63,955 nucleotides of DNA, filler included, from Octopus bimaculoides (GCF_001194135.2; 6 parts of 6 records of this genome joined end to end with filler, not necessarily neighbours in it); one strand, 5' to 3'. Shown: positions 26,379-40,071, numbered from the whole stretch's first letter. Notes: generated by a model not told the origin, from the sequence alone. Numbers and translations are program-made.

Positions 26379-27559
26379 TCCTTTTTACATATTTGGACAT
26401 TTTTAGGACTACAAATTTTATTCGCTCCAAGACAGAACGTGATGACATTTTCCTTCATGTTTCCCTGATGACAGACGAACTGTAGACAGGAACTTCACTG
26501 CGGGTTAGCGAGTGAGCTGCTTCTGCAGAAGGAGACTTCTGGTTAGGTGGGAGACGAGACAAACTTTAGATGACCGATGGCATTCACCCTCACAGTGTGT
26601 AACTGAATGAAGCAAAATAAATAATACATCATCACACTCTTGTTCCTGATTATTTTTGTGTGTAACTTAACAAGACTACAACATATTGAAATACGAGCAA
26701 GAACAAAATTATCTCCAACAATGTTTATTTATATCACTAAACATTTTTACCATACAATATGCACTATTGTTAAATACATGTTATGCAAGAATCAAGAAAT
26801 ATCTTGTCAAGAGATAAGAGCTGTATAGTTTTTTGTATATTATAGCATAATTGGCAGTTACAACAAGAAAAATCTCTTTGTGAGAACAGCTGAAGGATGA
26901 AATTATTTTATCAAACGTGAGTCGAGTGATACAAAGCCTCTAGCTACAGTAAGAAGTATTCATACAGAGTTGAATTTTAGGGATTTTATTAACCCGCCAA
27001 GAAACTCTAGAATGTACTTAAAAGTCTTTAGGCGCAAAAATTAAGCATTTCTTTAAGACTAGAACCGCCTACCTCAAAATGACATCACGGATGCTTGACT
27101 GGATATTGTCATATATAGTATTATCATTTAAATACTGCAATTACCTTTAGTCAGTATTACCAAATATAGTAATGTTGTTCGTCAGCAGTTTTGGCTGCAG
27201 AACCTAAGACATTCAGATTCGAATTTCGAGGAAGGCCATCTGCTACAGTTCTTTTAAGCCAAACGATGAACGGGTATAATATCTTTAAATAATTGTTCAT
27301 ATCTGTCATTCTTTATTATTACAAGAACAGGCATAGCATCCTACTTTCACTCTGTACCGGAAAATGATCTCCCATCCTATGGTCAATTACGTTTTATTGA
27401 TGCTAAATGAAGCTTTGCTATACCGAATTGAAGTACCTTAAGAAATAACATTGTTTACCTAATGTGAACAACACAATACAATAAATCATGATTATTCACG
27501 ACTTACACGTTGAATTCTATAAAAAGACGCATTTAGTTGAGTTGCAGGAACAGGCCCGT

Positions 27560-28070
27560 ATATTCAGATAAAATATAGTTCACTGTGAATATGAACAGCA
27601 CTTCAGATGAGATCGTAACATCAAGCAGTACAATTTTCCCATTATTAATATGATTATGGCCGGACCAAGGTAAATCTTGTTATTTTGGACTTTCAAAAGC
27701 TTAATACTGACCGAGGTCAGTATTTCCTGATTAGTAGAGACAGAATCTCCTTCAGTAAGGCAGAAATTGCATAGATCCATTAAATCATTTTGTTGAAGCT
27801 TGCATCCACCGCATACCAGCCTCCTGCAATTCAAGGCTGAGATTTTTTTTATCATTGGGGTTTACTCCTCTAGGTATGTTTGGTCCAGGATTATTTACTT
27901 TTATATTCACAGCTAACCTTCATATCTGAAGGCCTTTCCCTGGGGACTTAGCGGATGGAAATTTTCTCTCCACACCAAAGGCCGTCAGAAGATGGTTCCA
28001 TAGTCGGATCGTCGGCAATTTTCCCTACAAGCAGTGGAATCGTTGCTGTGTTTACTGGTTAAAGCCCTTA
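27560..28070. mobile_element. Unclassified decayed retroelement-like coding fragment
   Basis: Higher-complexity interrupted frames with LINE-like snippets (minus LPTIRLWNHLL, NGKIVLLDVTISSE); clade not resolved. Confidence 0.25.
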
Positions 28071-29548
28071 CCTTAACCCCCCCCCCCCAGAAAACAAAGA
28101 CACCATAACGCATCCAACAAATGTGCGACTAACAAGGATCACATATTTACCTTGCCCAATGTTGATATTTTCTTTTGTTTCCCAAGGGGTAAACTTTGGT
28201 GGAGCACTGATTTGAAACATGTTGAAGAACGACAAATACTTTTTCGAAATAAGGTGACTATGCAAAAATTCAACTGTTATCGTCTTGCAGGCAAAGTTGA
28301 CTTCAATGTCACTCATAGAAAAAAAAAAAACCTTTCTCAAAAATATTTAGTTGATTCGTACGTCAAGGTTGGAGGATACTGTGTACAGTTTGTTAGAAAC
28401 GACCAATCTCAGCTGTTTTGTTGCTAGGAAAGAGTAGACCTTAAAGCTGACTGAACCAGTTATACTTATTTCTTCAATCACTGGGAGTTTATATTATATA
28501 ATCCACGGCAAACATGACTTTTTTGTAATGTAAACCTAATTTAAAATCCAGAATGACCAGCAGTAATTATAAACAATTTAAAAAGAAATAATAAAGCTGT
28601 AAAAAACAGGTCGTCCAGATTTTTTATGAGTGTACAAAGCTCAACTTACTAAGTTACTGATGTCTCTGAAGTTCCAGTTGTACAAGTACACGTAATAGAA
28701 TTTCCTTATGGCTATATTCTAATTATTCTTTTAGATGATGATAAAAGAAGAAATAAAAATAATATTGACAGAGTAGATTCAGCAGCAAATCTAAACGGAA
28801 ACAAAGATAGTGATCTTTATATTGTTGGCAATCCCTCATCATGTCAAAAGAAACTCACTGATAGAAACGTTTCTAAATGTAAATAGATATTCTGAACATT
28901 GCCCGGTGCGATAGTAGAGCTGTAGGACAAACTGGACGCCATTTCGAAATCTTTATGTGAGGCTATATAACATGTCTACCGAAAAACGAATTACGCTCAA
29001 TTAATCTTGATATATTTTCATTTGTGAAAAGTACCATATATATGCTTGAATATGCTTGAATACGTTAGGCGATCAGATATCATGTCAACGGTGAAAGAAA
29101 ATGCTTTAGGTTTGTTTAGTTTTTCTTCCGTGCAGTTCCGCATCAGTGTATAGTGCCTTTGCCTTGACAACCAGACATGAAAGCTTTACAGAGCGATGAC
29201 CTTTGTTGGTAGTTCAATCTCTTTTGAAACAAACATTTTCCTGTTTCTGTGTTATTCTCGTGAACTTTACACTCATTATTTTGGCTATGTTGACAACTGT
29301 GTGAAGTAGATAATTCATATTATTCACCTGTTTCGTTTTGTTTTGTTAAATACTCGCTAAGATTCATCTACATACTGTCGCTGCGAGAATCACATACACA
29401 TGCGTGCGCGCATTTTTGTGTCTCCAGTTATTAATTGTTCTTCTTCTGAAGCAAAATTGAAATATTAATTCTCTTCTATTCGCTTTTTCTATTTTACAGT
29501 CACAATTGCAAATAAGTCTGGGTAAATACAAATACAATAAGTAGCTTT

Positions 29549-29582
<34 letters not shown>

Positions 29583-29682
29583 NNNNNNNNNNNNNNNNNN
29601 NNNNNNNNNNNNNNNNNNNNNNNNNNTTAATTAATTAANNNNNNNNNNNNNNNNNNNNNNNNNNNNNNNNNNNNNNNNNNNN

Positions 29683-29714
<32 letters not shown>

Positions 29715-29719
29715 GAGAG

Positions 29720-29930
29720 AGTTTGTGCGTATTTGTGTCTGTGTATGTACCTCCACCATCGCTTGACAACCGATGTTGGTGTATTTACGTCCTCGTAACT
29801 TAGTGGTTTGGCAAAAGGCACCAATAAAATAAGTACTAGGCTCACAAAGAATAAATTCCAAGGTCGATTTGTTCGACTAAAGGCGGTGCTCCAGCATGGT
29901 CGCAGCCACTTGACTGAAACAAGTAAAACA
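29720..29930 (+). mobile_element. SINE family B, 3' half (abuts gap)
   Basis: CCATCGCTTGACAACCGATG..AGGCGGTGCTCCAGCATGG..GACTGAAACAAGTAAA. Confidence 0.85.
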
Positions 29931-30689
29931 ATCAAAAACTATGCCATTTCAATCCCGAGCTACGCCAGGTATCTCTGCTAGTATATGCAACGGGCTTCCA
30001 GTTTCTGTCACTTGTCCAAGATGCCACGCAGTAGGACTGAACCCACAAGCATATGGTTGAGAGGCAATCTTCTTACCACACAGCCACGGCTGAGCCTTTA
30101 TTTCTATCATCATTATCTAACGCGTCCTTCCATTTGTAAGATGGCAGGGTGTAAAACAAGGGAGATTTGGTCGCTATTTCTAGCAGGCTGTGAAACTAGA
30201 TCCTCCTTCGCTGGTGATTACAGTGGATGCTGACGCTGGAAGTTGTAGTGATGTTGATGTTGCTGTTGTTGCTACTCTAAATAATGTTGTTTAAGCCCAG
30301 TCCAGCTCTGATTGGGGAGACCTATGAATCAAAGGCTTTCCAAACATGACCATTCCAGCTTTTTGTATGTCGATGGTTACGCTGTCCATTGCGTCTTGGA
30401 CGTTCTTGTATATATTTGAGGGATTCTGGTTGCTGTATCCCGATTTTTGTTTATCATACTGTTGCTATTTTAGTTTATCTCTATAGATTTTCTATAGAAT
30501 TCAGAACTAGCACTACATGTGTCGTAAACAATGTGATCGAAAATAGAGAAAATAGGTGATGGGTGTATGTGCATATTTCAAGAATTATTGCTCTTTCATC
30601 AGTTCTAACTCATTAACCATTCACGAATACATCACTTAAACAGCCACTACGTTTAGCAGTATAACCCTATTGGATAGGCAATTTACATA

Positions 30690-30905
30690 TTGGTTTTCAA
30701 ATTTTGGCACAAGGCCAGCAATTTCGGGGGAGGGGATAAGTCGATAACATTAACCGCCAGTGCTCAACTGGTACTTATTTTATCGACCTCGAGAGGATGA
30801 AAGGCAAAGTCAACTACGGCGGAATTTGAACCCAGAACGCAAAGACGGAGGAAATGCCGCTAAGCATTTTGCCCGGTCTGCTAGCGATTCTGCCAGCTCA
30901 CCGTC
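30690..30905 (-). mobile_element. SINE family C
   Basis: TTGGCACAAGGCCAGC..GGATGAAAGGCAAAGTCAAC..GGCGGAATTTGAAC..GCCAGCTCACCG. Confidence 0.85.
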
Positions 30906-31220
30906 TTGAGACCAATTTACATATGAAACACATTCCTGGCAACCAGCGAGGACACAGTATTTTGTTTTGCATAGTACACTACCAAATATGGTAAAGTTTT
31001 ACTCGTCGATATTGTGTCTTACTTTTTGTGTTAGCATTGCGATATTCCCATTTTTAAGTTTGTTTGCTCTCAGTCACTGCTTCGGGCATCTACTCATAAT
31101 TCATTGGTCGATATTTACGAGAGACCCTTAAAAGGCATTGTTTGTACAAACGTATTCGCTTGCGAAATGTCCTAACTTACAGTGCTGGCTCTGAATTCAA
31201 TAGAAAACCTGTAGAGATAA

Positions 31221-31349
31221 ACTTCTTTCAGTTTCCGTCTACCAAATCCACGCCTAAGGCTTTGGTCGGCCTGGGGATATTGTAAAAGTTACGCAATGGG
31301 ATTGAACCCGAAAACACGTAGTTTCTTACCACACAGCCGTGCCTGCGCC
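31221..31349 (-). mobile_element. SINE family B, 5' half
   Basis: CTTCTTTCAGTTTCCGTCTACCAAATCC..CCACACAGCCGTGCCTGCGCC. Confidence 0.75.
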
Positions 31350-31539
31350 TATTTGCGTTCGTGTTTATTTTACTATCAATACGTGCCCTACATGCTCACT
31401 GAAAGAACATATGGTGCAGGAACTCACAGAACAGAAGTGCCAAAGGGAGAGATAGGTTGCATGTACTGTAGAATTGGTTATAAACCTATTTGGATTTTAT
31501 TCGAAGATATGCAGAAAGAAGTATTTGCAGAAAGCTGTG

Positions 31540-31715
31540 GTCAGTGTGTTGCAGCCACGATCGCAGCATTGTGGTTTCGATCATTCGTCGATCGAGGGGT
31601 GCGTTGTGTTCTTGAGCAAAACACTTCGTTCCATTTTGCTCTCGTGTGTTCAGTTGTGAATGAGTAACCCTCCGATGGACGAATCTCCTGTCAGTGGGGA
31701 TTCAGTTGCAATCTC
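31540..31715 (+). mobile_element. SINE family E fragment (tRNA head plus GTTGTGT(T/C)CTTGAGCAA core)
   Basis: Homologous to 43090-43350 and to the minus-strand piece at 23690-23780. Confidence 0.55.
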
Positions 31716-31789
31716 GGTTGCTGTTTGCATCGACTCAGTCGTTTGCGAAATCTGGTCCTAGGAGTCGAGACGCTCATGGCCGAAGGCTA

Positions 31790-31845
31790 ATGATGATGAC
31801 GATGACAATCACAACGACGACGACTACGATGATGATGATGATGAC

Positions 31846-31880
<35 letters not shown>

Positions 31881-31905
31881 GGATGATGATGATGAGGAGG
31901 ATGAC
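31790..31905. repeat. (GAT)n-rich microsatellite
   Basis: Direct reading. Confidence 0.95.
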
Positions 31906-32132
31906 GTGTAATAAAGTTCTTTTAATCTGTTCCATTTTGCTATTAATAGACTTGCTTGAAATAACAACCAGATCTCTGTAAAATTATACATTACAGCAAT
32001 GGTTGCCATACTATTTTATCACGAAGCCCTGATACCCATGGCACTAATGCCCATATATTAGGGGGTGGGGACATCCTGTTCAACCCTGATTTCAATAAGA
32101 CATTAGAGAAAATAAAACATGTTTTAAAGTAA

Positions 32133-32166
<34 letters not shown>

Positions 32167-32964
32167 ATACAACACACACATATGTATTCTTAAGTTTTTA
32201 CAAGTAAAATGTTGTCTGTGACTTCGACGTATCAGGTTCCTCGCTTTTGTTAGATTGGTTGACGATGTTGGCAAAAGCGAGCGCATCAAAACTTGCAAAT
32301 TTCAGTCAACCTTTGACTTTTAAAAGTTTAATAAGCATCTACCGTTCTGAAAAGTATCAAGTAATCCTTCAGTTTAATCAGCTTAATGCTTACTTGAGTG
32401 TGTGTGTGTGTGNNNNNNNNNNNNNNNNNNNNNNNNNNNNNNNNNNNNNNNNNNNNNNNNNNNNNNNNNNNNNNNNNNNNNNNNNNNNNNNNNNNNNNNN
32501 NNNNNNNNNNNNNNNNNNNNNNNNNNNNNNNNNNNNNNNNNNNNNNNNNNNNNNNNNNNNNNNNNNNNNNNNNNNNNNNNNNNNNNNNNNNNNNNNNNNN
32601 NNNNNNNNNNNNNNNNNNNNNNNNNNNNNNNNNNNNNNNNNNNNNNNNNNNNNNNNNNNNNNNNNNNNNNNNNNNNNNNNNNNNNNNNNNNNNNNNNNNN
32701 NNNNNNNNNNNNNNNNNNNNNNNNNNNNNNNNNNNNNNNNNNNNNNNNNNNNNNNNNNNNNNNNNNNNNNNNNNNNNNNNNNNNNNNNNNNNNNNNNNNN
32801 NNNNNNNNNNNNNNNNNNNNNNNNNNNNNNNNNNNNNNNNNNNNNNNNNNNNNNNNNNNNNNNNNNNNNNNNNNNNNNNNNNNNNNNNNNNNNNNNNNNN
32901 NNNNNNNNNNNNNNNNNNNNNNNNNNNNNNNNNNNNNNNNNNNNNNNNNNNNNNNNNNNNNNNN

Positions 32965-33345
32965 ATATACGACCGGCTTCTTTCAGTTTCCGTCTACCAA
33001 ATCCACTCACAAGGCTTTGGTCGTCCCGAGGGTATAGTAGAAAACACTTGCCCAAGGTGCCATGCAGTGGGACTGAACCCGGAACCATGTGGTTGGGAAG
33101 CAAAGTTCTTGCCACAGAGACACTCCTGCGTCTATGTATGTGTGCGTGTATGTGTCCCACCAACGCTTGACAACCGGTGTCCGTGTGTTTACGTACCCTT
33201 AACTTAACGGTTTGGCATAGACGACCGATAGAATGAGTACCTGGTAGACTTTAAATATATATATATATATGTTCTGGGGTCCATTCATTCAAGACGGTGC
33301 CCTAGAACGACTGCAGTCTAATGATTGAACCAAGTTACCATGCTC
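32965..33345. mobile_element. SINE B 5' half (minus, 32965-33131) joined to SINE B 3' half (plus, 33135-33345)
   Basis: Both modules are recognisable and in opposite orientation. Confidence 0.8.
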
Positions 33346-33572
33346 CTAATGTGGATTTTTCGCGCGTGTAGCGAAGTTCATTTGCATTTGTCAGGTTGAG
33401 TACAATAAACAAAACCTTCGTTATTGACTGGATACTAATCCACGCCCACCATCCCCACCATCACCATCATCATCACAAACACTGCTTCTCAGTGTGTAAC
33501 ACTGTGGTGCCGAGGAGCAAACTTTGGTCCACATTTCCTTGAAGATAGCGGATATCCAGTAACAGAGTATTC

Positions 33573-33750
33573 CAATGGTTCCAAACTTTTTCACTACTAA
33601 GGACTCCTTTTATTTGAATGAGTTTTCCCACGGACTCCAGGACATTGAAAGGTCTGTCAGCTTAACATGTTCACAGACCCCCNNNNNNNNNNCCCAGTAC
33701 TACCTTTACGGACCACCAGCGGCCCGTAGACCACAGGTTGGAAACCACTG
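33573..33750. mobile_element. hAT-type MITE
   Basis: TIRs CAATGGTTCCAAAC / GGTTGGAAACCACTG; 8-bp TSD GAGTATTC / GTGTATTC (7/8). Confidence 0.8.
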
Positions 33751-34831
33751 GTGTATTCTATAACTTTCATTTCCTAGAATTGAATCATTCGTAACAGCAA
33801 CAACCGAAGCATGTGGTTACAAGATGGAGTAACTACTACACATATAGTGACCACCACTCATAGTAAGACGGTCCAGTTTAAAGAGACATTGTTTCAACAA
33901 ACTGGTGTGATCAGCGATATGTAAAGATAGAGTGATCACCATCCCTATATTAAGACCGAGCAGTTTTTACAAAAAAACCCAAAACATCAGTCTTTGCTGT
34001 TGATCCCGTTTTAGTGCCAATCGGTATTGTATTTCGCAGAAGGCTTTCACTTCCTGTGACGAAAGCCTTCACTTCCCGTGAATGCCACCAATTCACTTCG
34101 CTCAGATGGAATAAGGATAGCAATGAAAATAAATGGGTGCTTCTATGTGGTCGCTCGACCTACCAGACATAGCAACCATGTGTCCTGCAAATTACATCTA
34201 TTGTCTTAAAAATAGAGCACTGTGTAATGATATTGTCTGTCAAAAAAGACTAGCTGGTCAAATCTGGAACGCCTTTGATCATAAATCTACTTCTTTTGGG
34301 CTGATCCGGGATTAGGCGGCAGCAACAAAAGAAGAAATTCCACAAGGAAGGTATAAAGACCAATGTTTAACATATGAATATTCTAGGTGAGGGCTGGAAC
34401 CATTTTCATACAGATCCGATATACGAACACCAGGTGGAGTAGGAGAGCCTCTCCATTGTTACTCGCCCTGCTGGAAATAGCTGCCATAGCAAAAGAACAG
34501 GATTGTCATGGCTAGAACACTGAATTTATCTTAGTCCTGCTTCATCAGGTCTGACCTAGGGCTAAACAACCGTGGCAATGACGAAATCTTTTTACGGGTT
34601 TTTTTATTGCAAACTCAGCCTGGTTCTCTCTGGAAGATTTCGTTTCTGTAGGCGTATACGTATTTAAGTGCAGCATGTAGATTAGTTAATCTCACATCTC
34701 ACCCCATTTCTTTTATAATAATCATTTTATCATTTCAAATAAACCAGCAGACGACATACTTTAGAGTCTCGCCTTGAATAAATATCGTCTGACAACATAT
34801 TCAGGTTTCTCCAAATTTTGTTGACCGACAT

Positions 34832-34888
<57 letters not shown>

Positions 34889-35199
34889 TAAGTATATGTA
34901 TATATTATGTTATATATATTTTTTATTATATTATAGATATGAAACTTGAGAAGCGCCTAAATTCCTAGTCTAAATAAATAAATATATTATTACAGTTTTT
35001 GTTTTTTTTAAAATAATGCACGAAGCATTGTGAAATGTGAATTTGGAGAGAATAAGGAAGATGCTATAATGCACACGCGTTTGTGTGTATGCATGTGTAT
35101 GTGTGTGTGTACTTATGTACGTACGTACGAATCTACGTACGTCTATATACACATTAACACCTATACATACATACATACTTATATACATTCACACATAGA

Positions 35200-35340
35200 T
35201 ACATACATACAAATCTGCACATATACATGCATACATGTTGAAATTCCAATGAAGGGGGCTTGGATCTAGGTTAGAAACCGGCTCTTTCCCTATTGGTAAG
35301 AAATCTTGAAATAAAACTGAACAATGACATACATACATAC
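35200..35340 (+). mobile_element. R4/Dong-like LINE 3' UTR fragment with (CATA)n tail
   Basis: GTTGAAATTCCAATGAAGGGGGCTTGGATCTAGGTTAGAAACCGGCTCTTTC..GACATACATACATAC matches the UTRs after the LINE ORFs at 48380, 59580 and 59970. Confidence 0.75.
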
Positions 35341-36122
35341 TTTTATATCCTTGTATGTTAGTTAGAGATATAATTTAATGAAGCAGTGAGGAAGAAGGTA
35401 ATCACACGACGCGCTACTTTTACTTTTACACGACTCAACGCTCTCAATCGCGGCTCACAGTGAACTGCTTACCGACCGGAACTGCCAGTCGCTCACAGTT
35501 CTTTGTTTTATAACAACGAGTCAGGTCACCTTTAGTCACTTGGGGGCGGGATCNNNNNNNNNNNNNNNNNNNNNNNNNNNNNNNNNNNNNNNNNNNNNNN
35601 NNNNNNNNNNNNNNNNNNNNNNNNNNNNNNNNNNNNNNNNNNNNNNNNNNNNNNNNNNNNNNNNNNNNNNNNNNNNNNNNNNNNNNNNNNNNNNNNNNNN
35701 NNNNNNNNNNNNNNNNNNNNNNNNNNNNNNNNNNNNNNNNNNNNNNNNNNNNNNNNNNNNNNNNNNNNNNNNNNNNNNNNNNNNNNNNNNNNNNNNNNNN
35801 NNNNNNNNNNNNNNNNNNNNNNNNNNNNNNNNNNNNNNNNNNNNNNNNNNNNNNNNNNNNNNNNNNNNNNNNNNNNNNNNNNNNNNNNNNNNNNNNNNNN
35901 NNNNNNNNNNNNNNNNNNNNNNNNNNNNNNNNNNNNNNNNNNNNNNNNNNNNNNNNNNNNNNNNNNNNNNNNNNNNNNNNNNNNNNNNNNNNNNNNNNNN
36001 NNNNNNNNNNNNNNNNNNNNNNNNNNNNNNNNNNNNNNNNNNNNNNNNNNNNNNNNNNNNNNNNNNNNNNNNNNNNNNNNNNNNNNNNNNNNNNNNNNNN
36101 NNNNNNNNNNNNNNNNNNNNNN

Positions 36123-36686
36123 ACATCGATTCTGCGGGTGACATTCCAGACGGGGGATTCGGATTAGGCGTTCCTCGGTGCAGTCTTAGAAATTGCTGGA
36201 GTGCAACATCGTCCATCGCTTCATTATTTGTCTTTTTCAACGTCCTCTTGAAAGTATCAAGAAAATGCTCTGTATGTCCATTTGACCTTGGATGATACGG
36301 CGGAGGGGTGACATGTTCGATGACGAACATTTTTACAAAATTTTCTGAACTCGTCTGACGTAAATTGACTTCCGTTATCAGACACAATGGTATCAGGAAT
36401 ACCATGCCTGGCGAACGGTTCATGTAAGAAGCTTATTGTAACCGCAGATGTCAGCTTTTTACATTTATGCACTTCCGGTCACTTTGAAAAGCTGTCCACT
36501 ACAAGGTAATATGCACCCTTAGGTGGACTTGCGTAATCAACATGCAGTCTGGTCCACGGAACATCAGTTTTTGGCCATGGTTGCCATTCAGTGGTAGGCG
36601 CTTTTGCAGCTAAGGCACACACTTTGCATGCTTTCACTGATTCTTCAATGTTGCAGTCCATTGTTAGCCAATATACATAGCTTCTC
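36123..36686 (-). pseudogene. Gypsy integrase fragment (Zn-binding end and catalytic core)
   Basis: RSYVYW..CKVC..WPKTDVPWTRLHVDYA..YLVVDSFSK..FARHGIPDTIVSDNGSQFTSDEF..PYHPRSNGHTEHFLDTFKRTL, frameshifted. Confidence 0.9.
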
Positions 36687-37210
36687 ACACTCTCTAAACA
36701 ACTCCGGCTTAGGTGACGGAATCTTTATCATCTTTTTTTTTTTTTTTTTTACCGAATTTAAACACAGTCAGTGAGTATTGATCAAGGAACTTCTTTCACT
36801 GAAAATTTTCGATAAAAAATTAATTTTAATCGAGACAAATCTCACCTCGAATCTTCGGCAGAATATAATTACTTTTAATTTTCATGTTCGACAGGGGATA
36901 ACTCTCTTAAACTTAGTCGTACTTTTCTCTCGTCAGACCAATTTTTGCATTCTTCTTTGAAGATTTCCTCGTATCTTCCAAAATATGTAGAGAAGGTAAT
37001 CCCTTCTTCTGGATTATAGCTGAATTCTTCAATTGAGTCTGCTATTTTGTCTGGCGAGAATGAACTTGGAGTATTTTCAGACTTCTTCAACATAAATTCC
37101 AGCAACTCTCAGTTTTGTTGTTGCTGCTGTGTAGTTTCTGTTACTGATGTTGTGGTAGCTGTTGTTGCTGTTGCAACAGCACCACGGAGGCCAATAATTT
37201 CTCTATGTTA
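36681..37210 (-). pseudogene. Gypsy gag N-terminal fragment
   Basis: Poly-Q start, then DSIEEFSYNPEEGITFSTYFGRYEEIFKEECKNWSDE..KVRL, typical of this Gypsy gag type; stops and frameshifts. Confidence 0.8.
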
Positions 37211-37736
37211 AACAATTTTTTCTTTGGTTTTAAACGTCCAAAGTAAGCCTCGAGCAACTCATTGCCATTTTTATATCCTTAACGAAGCAGGCTGCAGTCT
37301 TTACATGATGCACTACTATTACTATTACACGAGACTCACCGCTCTCAATCACGGCTCACAGTGAACTGCTACCAACCCGAACTACCAATCGCTCACAGTT
37401 CTTTGTTTCATAACAATGAGTCAGTCCACCTTTAGTCACTTGAGGGGTGGTTTGAATTCTTCTATAACAAATACATACATACATACATATTTATGTGTGT
37501 ATATATGTATGTATATGAGTATATATGTATGTATAAAGGTTAGTAGAATTAGAGGTTGGAATAACCGTCTAAGGGATAAAAATGTCCGTTTTATTACCGG
37601 TATAATTACCTATGTTAACCATGGGCATACATATGCAAGCATATTATGCTCAGAGGTTACAGGCAATGACAAAGATAAACAAGTGTTTATCCGGAATCAA
37701 ATTTAAAGTAAACATTTTTCTCTATTTTCTGTTTAC

Positions 37737-37785
<49 letters not shown>

Positions 37786-39079
37786 GTATCTATGTATGTA
37801 TACATACATACACACACACACGCACAAACTATAAAATAAGGAGATATGAGAGATGAATACAAATTTTTTTATTTCCATATGATTTCTATTTGATTACAAT
37901 CGTTTCGCAATCTTCTTCGTGTACAATTATTAGTGTCAATATTCAAAATTATATCCGTACATTTTACATCAATATGCTCCTCTTGCATTATAGAGATGTG
38001 TAATAGACAAAACTAACTCATCAGATCGTATATATCAGAATACCGGTAGATGTATCCAAGATTGAGGTCTAGAGTTAGACACACTAACACTGCAAACGAC
38101 AGGTTTGCTCGATTAGGGCTGACTTGGGCTGAACACTACAGCAGTGATTGTCAACCGGGGTTCCATATAAGACTTTTTGAGGTTCACGAAAGCAAAATAG
38201 TAAATTAGGAATCTACAGTAGTATTTTGAGCGTTCTTGAAAAAAATTGCCAGACGCATCTATTTAAACGCAAAAAAGAGTTAATTGAAGCAGCTCAATGA
38301 ATTGTCGAAATATTAAAACCAGGATTGAAAGACTGTATTTGAAACTTTAGTCAATTTAGAAAAATTAAATTGATTGCAACGATTAAAACTGAGCACAGCG
38401 CAGGATAAGATAACAATTACAACAAGAATTATGGTGGTGGATCTTCGTCGATCGACGATGAGGATTCAGTGGTTTGATCAATCGAATTATCTGCTCTAGA
38501 ATTAACGTGTTGCTTACCTTTAACGAGATTCTAAGGCATAACCAGCGTTCCATAATGTGTCACATGGCTATGTCATTTGAATTTAAGTAGAATCCACTGG
38601 TCGTGATGCTGTTCACTTCCGTTCTATCCAGTCTCTCTCTTAATGTATGGGCCGACGTAAGGCTCTAGAAAATTACACTTAAACAAGATGCCAAGCTGTG
38701 GGATCGACCTCTGGATCTCATGGTTGCGAAGCGAACTCTTTAACCATCTGGCTATACTACGTTTACAGTAAGAAGTGTAGTGCATAACAGAAATGAAGGC
38801 ACATAAGGAATGAATGATGCCAGCGAGTGAGGATAGTATGTAAAAATATGTCAGTCGAAGATGTTTGCTAAAATTAACAGAAAGTTATATAAGTTGATAT
38901 CAACAGGTTCATATTTCCTGCGATAAGCTCGAATCCATTTCCACCAAAATATGGCAGACGCAGGCAAGGTTGTATGTCGAGGAAATTCATTTCGCAACCA
39001 CAAGGTTTCATATTATGTACCAGTGAGTCGAATCGGTAGCAAGAGTCTTCTACCATAGACCCGGGGCGAGAGTGAATTT

Positions 39080-39460
39080 GGTAGTTGTGTGGAAATCCGT
39101 CGTTTGCTTCCCAACCACGTGGTTCCGGGTACAGTCTCACAGCGTGGTGCCTTGGGCAAGTGTCTTCTGCTATAGCATCGAGATGACCAAAGTTTTGGGA
39201 GTGGATTTGGTGGATAGAAACTGAAAGAAGCCCATCGAATATACATGTGTGTGTGTGTTTGTCCCCCAACATCGCTTGACAACTGGGGTTGGTGTGTTTA
39301 CGTTCCGGTAACTTAGCGGTTCAACAAAAGAGAACGATAGGATAAGTACCAGGCCTTAAAAAACAACAAATATGTACTTGGGTCAATTCATTCGACTAAA
39401 AATTCTTCAAAGTAGTGCTCCAGCATGGCCGCAGTCTAAGAAAGGAACCAAGTAAAAGAT
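39080..39460 (+). mobile_element. SINE family B, full length
   Basis: Both halves present with a short internal (TG)n. Confidence 0.85.
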
Positions 39461-39691
39461 TAAACGGTATACGGAATGGTTACGGCCGGGACGTCTTTGA
39501 CCACTGGTGTGATTGGTCCAAGCCTGAACAGCTTGTTAGTCACAGGTCATACATTAGCTGACAGTGTCCACTTCAACCCTTTCTTTATGTCTCTTTTTTC
39601 TGATCTTTTTGCTTGAGGCAAATTCAAATATGGCTGAGATGCATTTGAACTTCTCACTGGAATTCATCATTATGTGTGTGTGTATGTGTGT

Positions 39692-39743
<52 letters not shown>

Positions 39744-40071
39744 NNNNNNNNNNNNNNNNNNNNNNNNNNNNNNNNNNNNNNNNNNNNNNNNNNNNNNNNN
39801 NNNNNNNNNNNNNNNNNNNNNNNNNNNNNNNNNNNNNNNNNNNNNNNNNNNNNNNNNNNNNNNNNNNNNNNNNNNNNNNNNNNNNNNNNNNNNNNNNNNN
39901 NNNNNNNNNNNNNNNNNNNNNNNNNNNNNNNNNNNNNNNNNNNNNNNNNNNNNNNNNNNNNNNNNNNNNNNNNNNNNNNNNNNNNNNNNNNNNNNNNNNN
40001 NNNNNNNNNNNNNNNNNNNNNNNNNNNNNNNNNNNNNNNNNNNNNNNNNNNNNNNNNNNNNNNNNNNNNNN

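Larger units (their letters stand above)
35342..37469 (-). mobile_element. Ty3/Gypsy LTR retrotransposon, internally deleted (gag plus integrase only)
   Basis: Direct-repeat LTRs at about 37270-37469 (TG start on minus) and 35342-35553 (cut by gap); PBS-like TGGCAATGAG after the 5' LTR; gag and integrase fragments between them. Confidence 0.9.
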
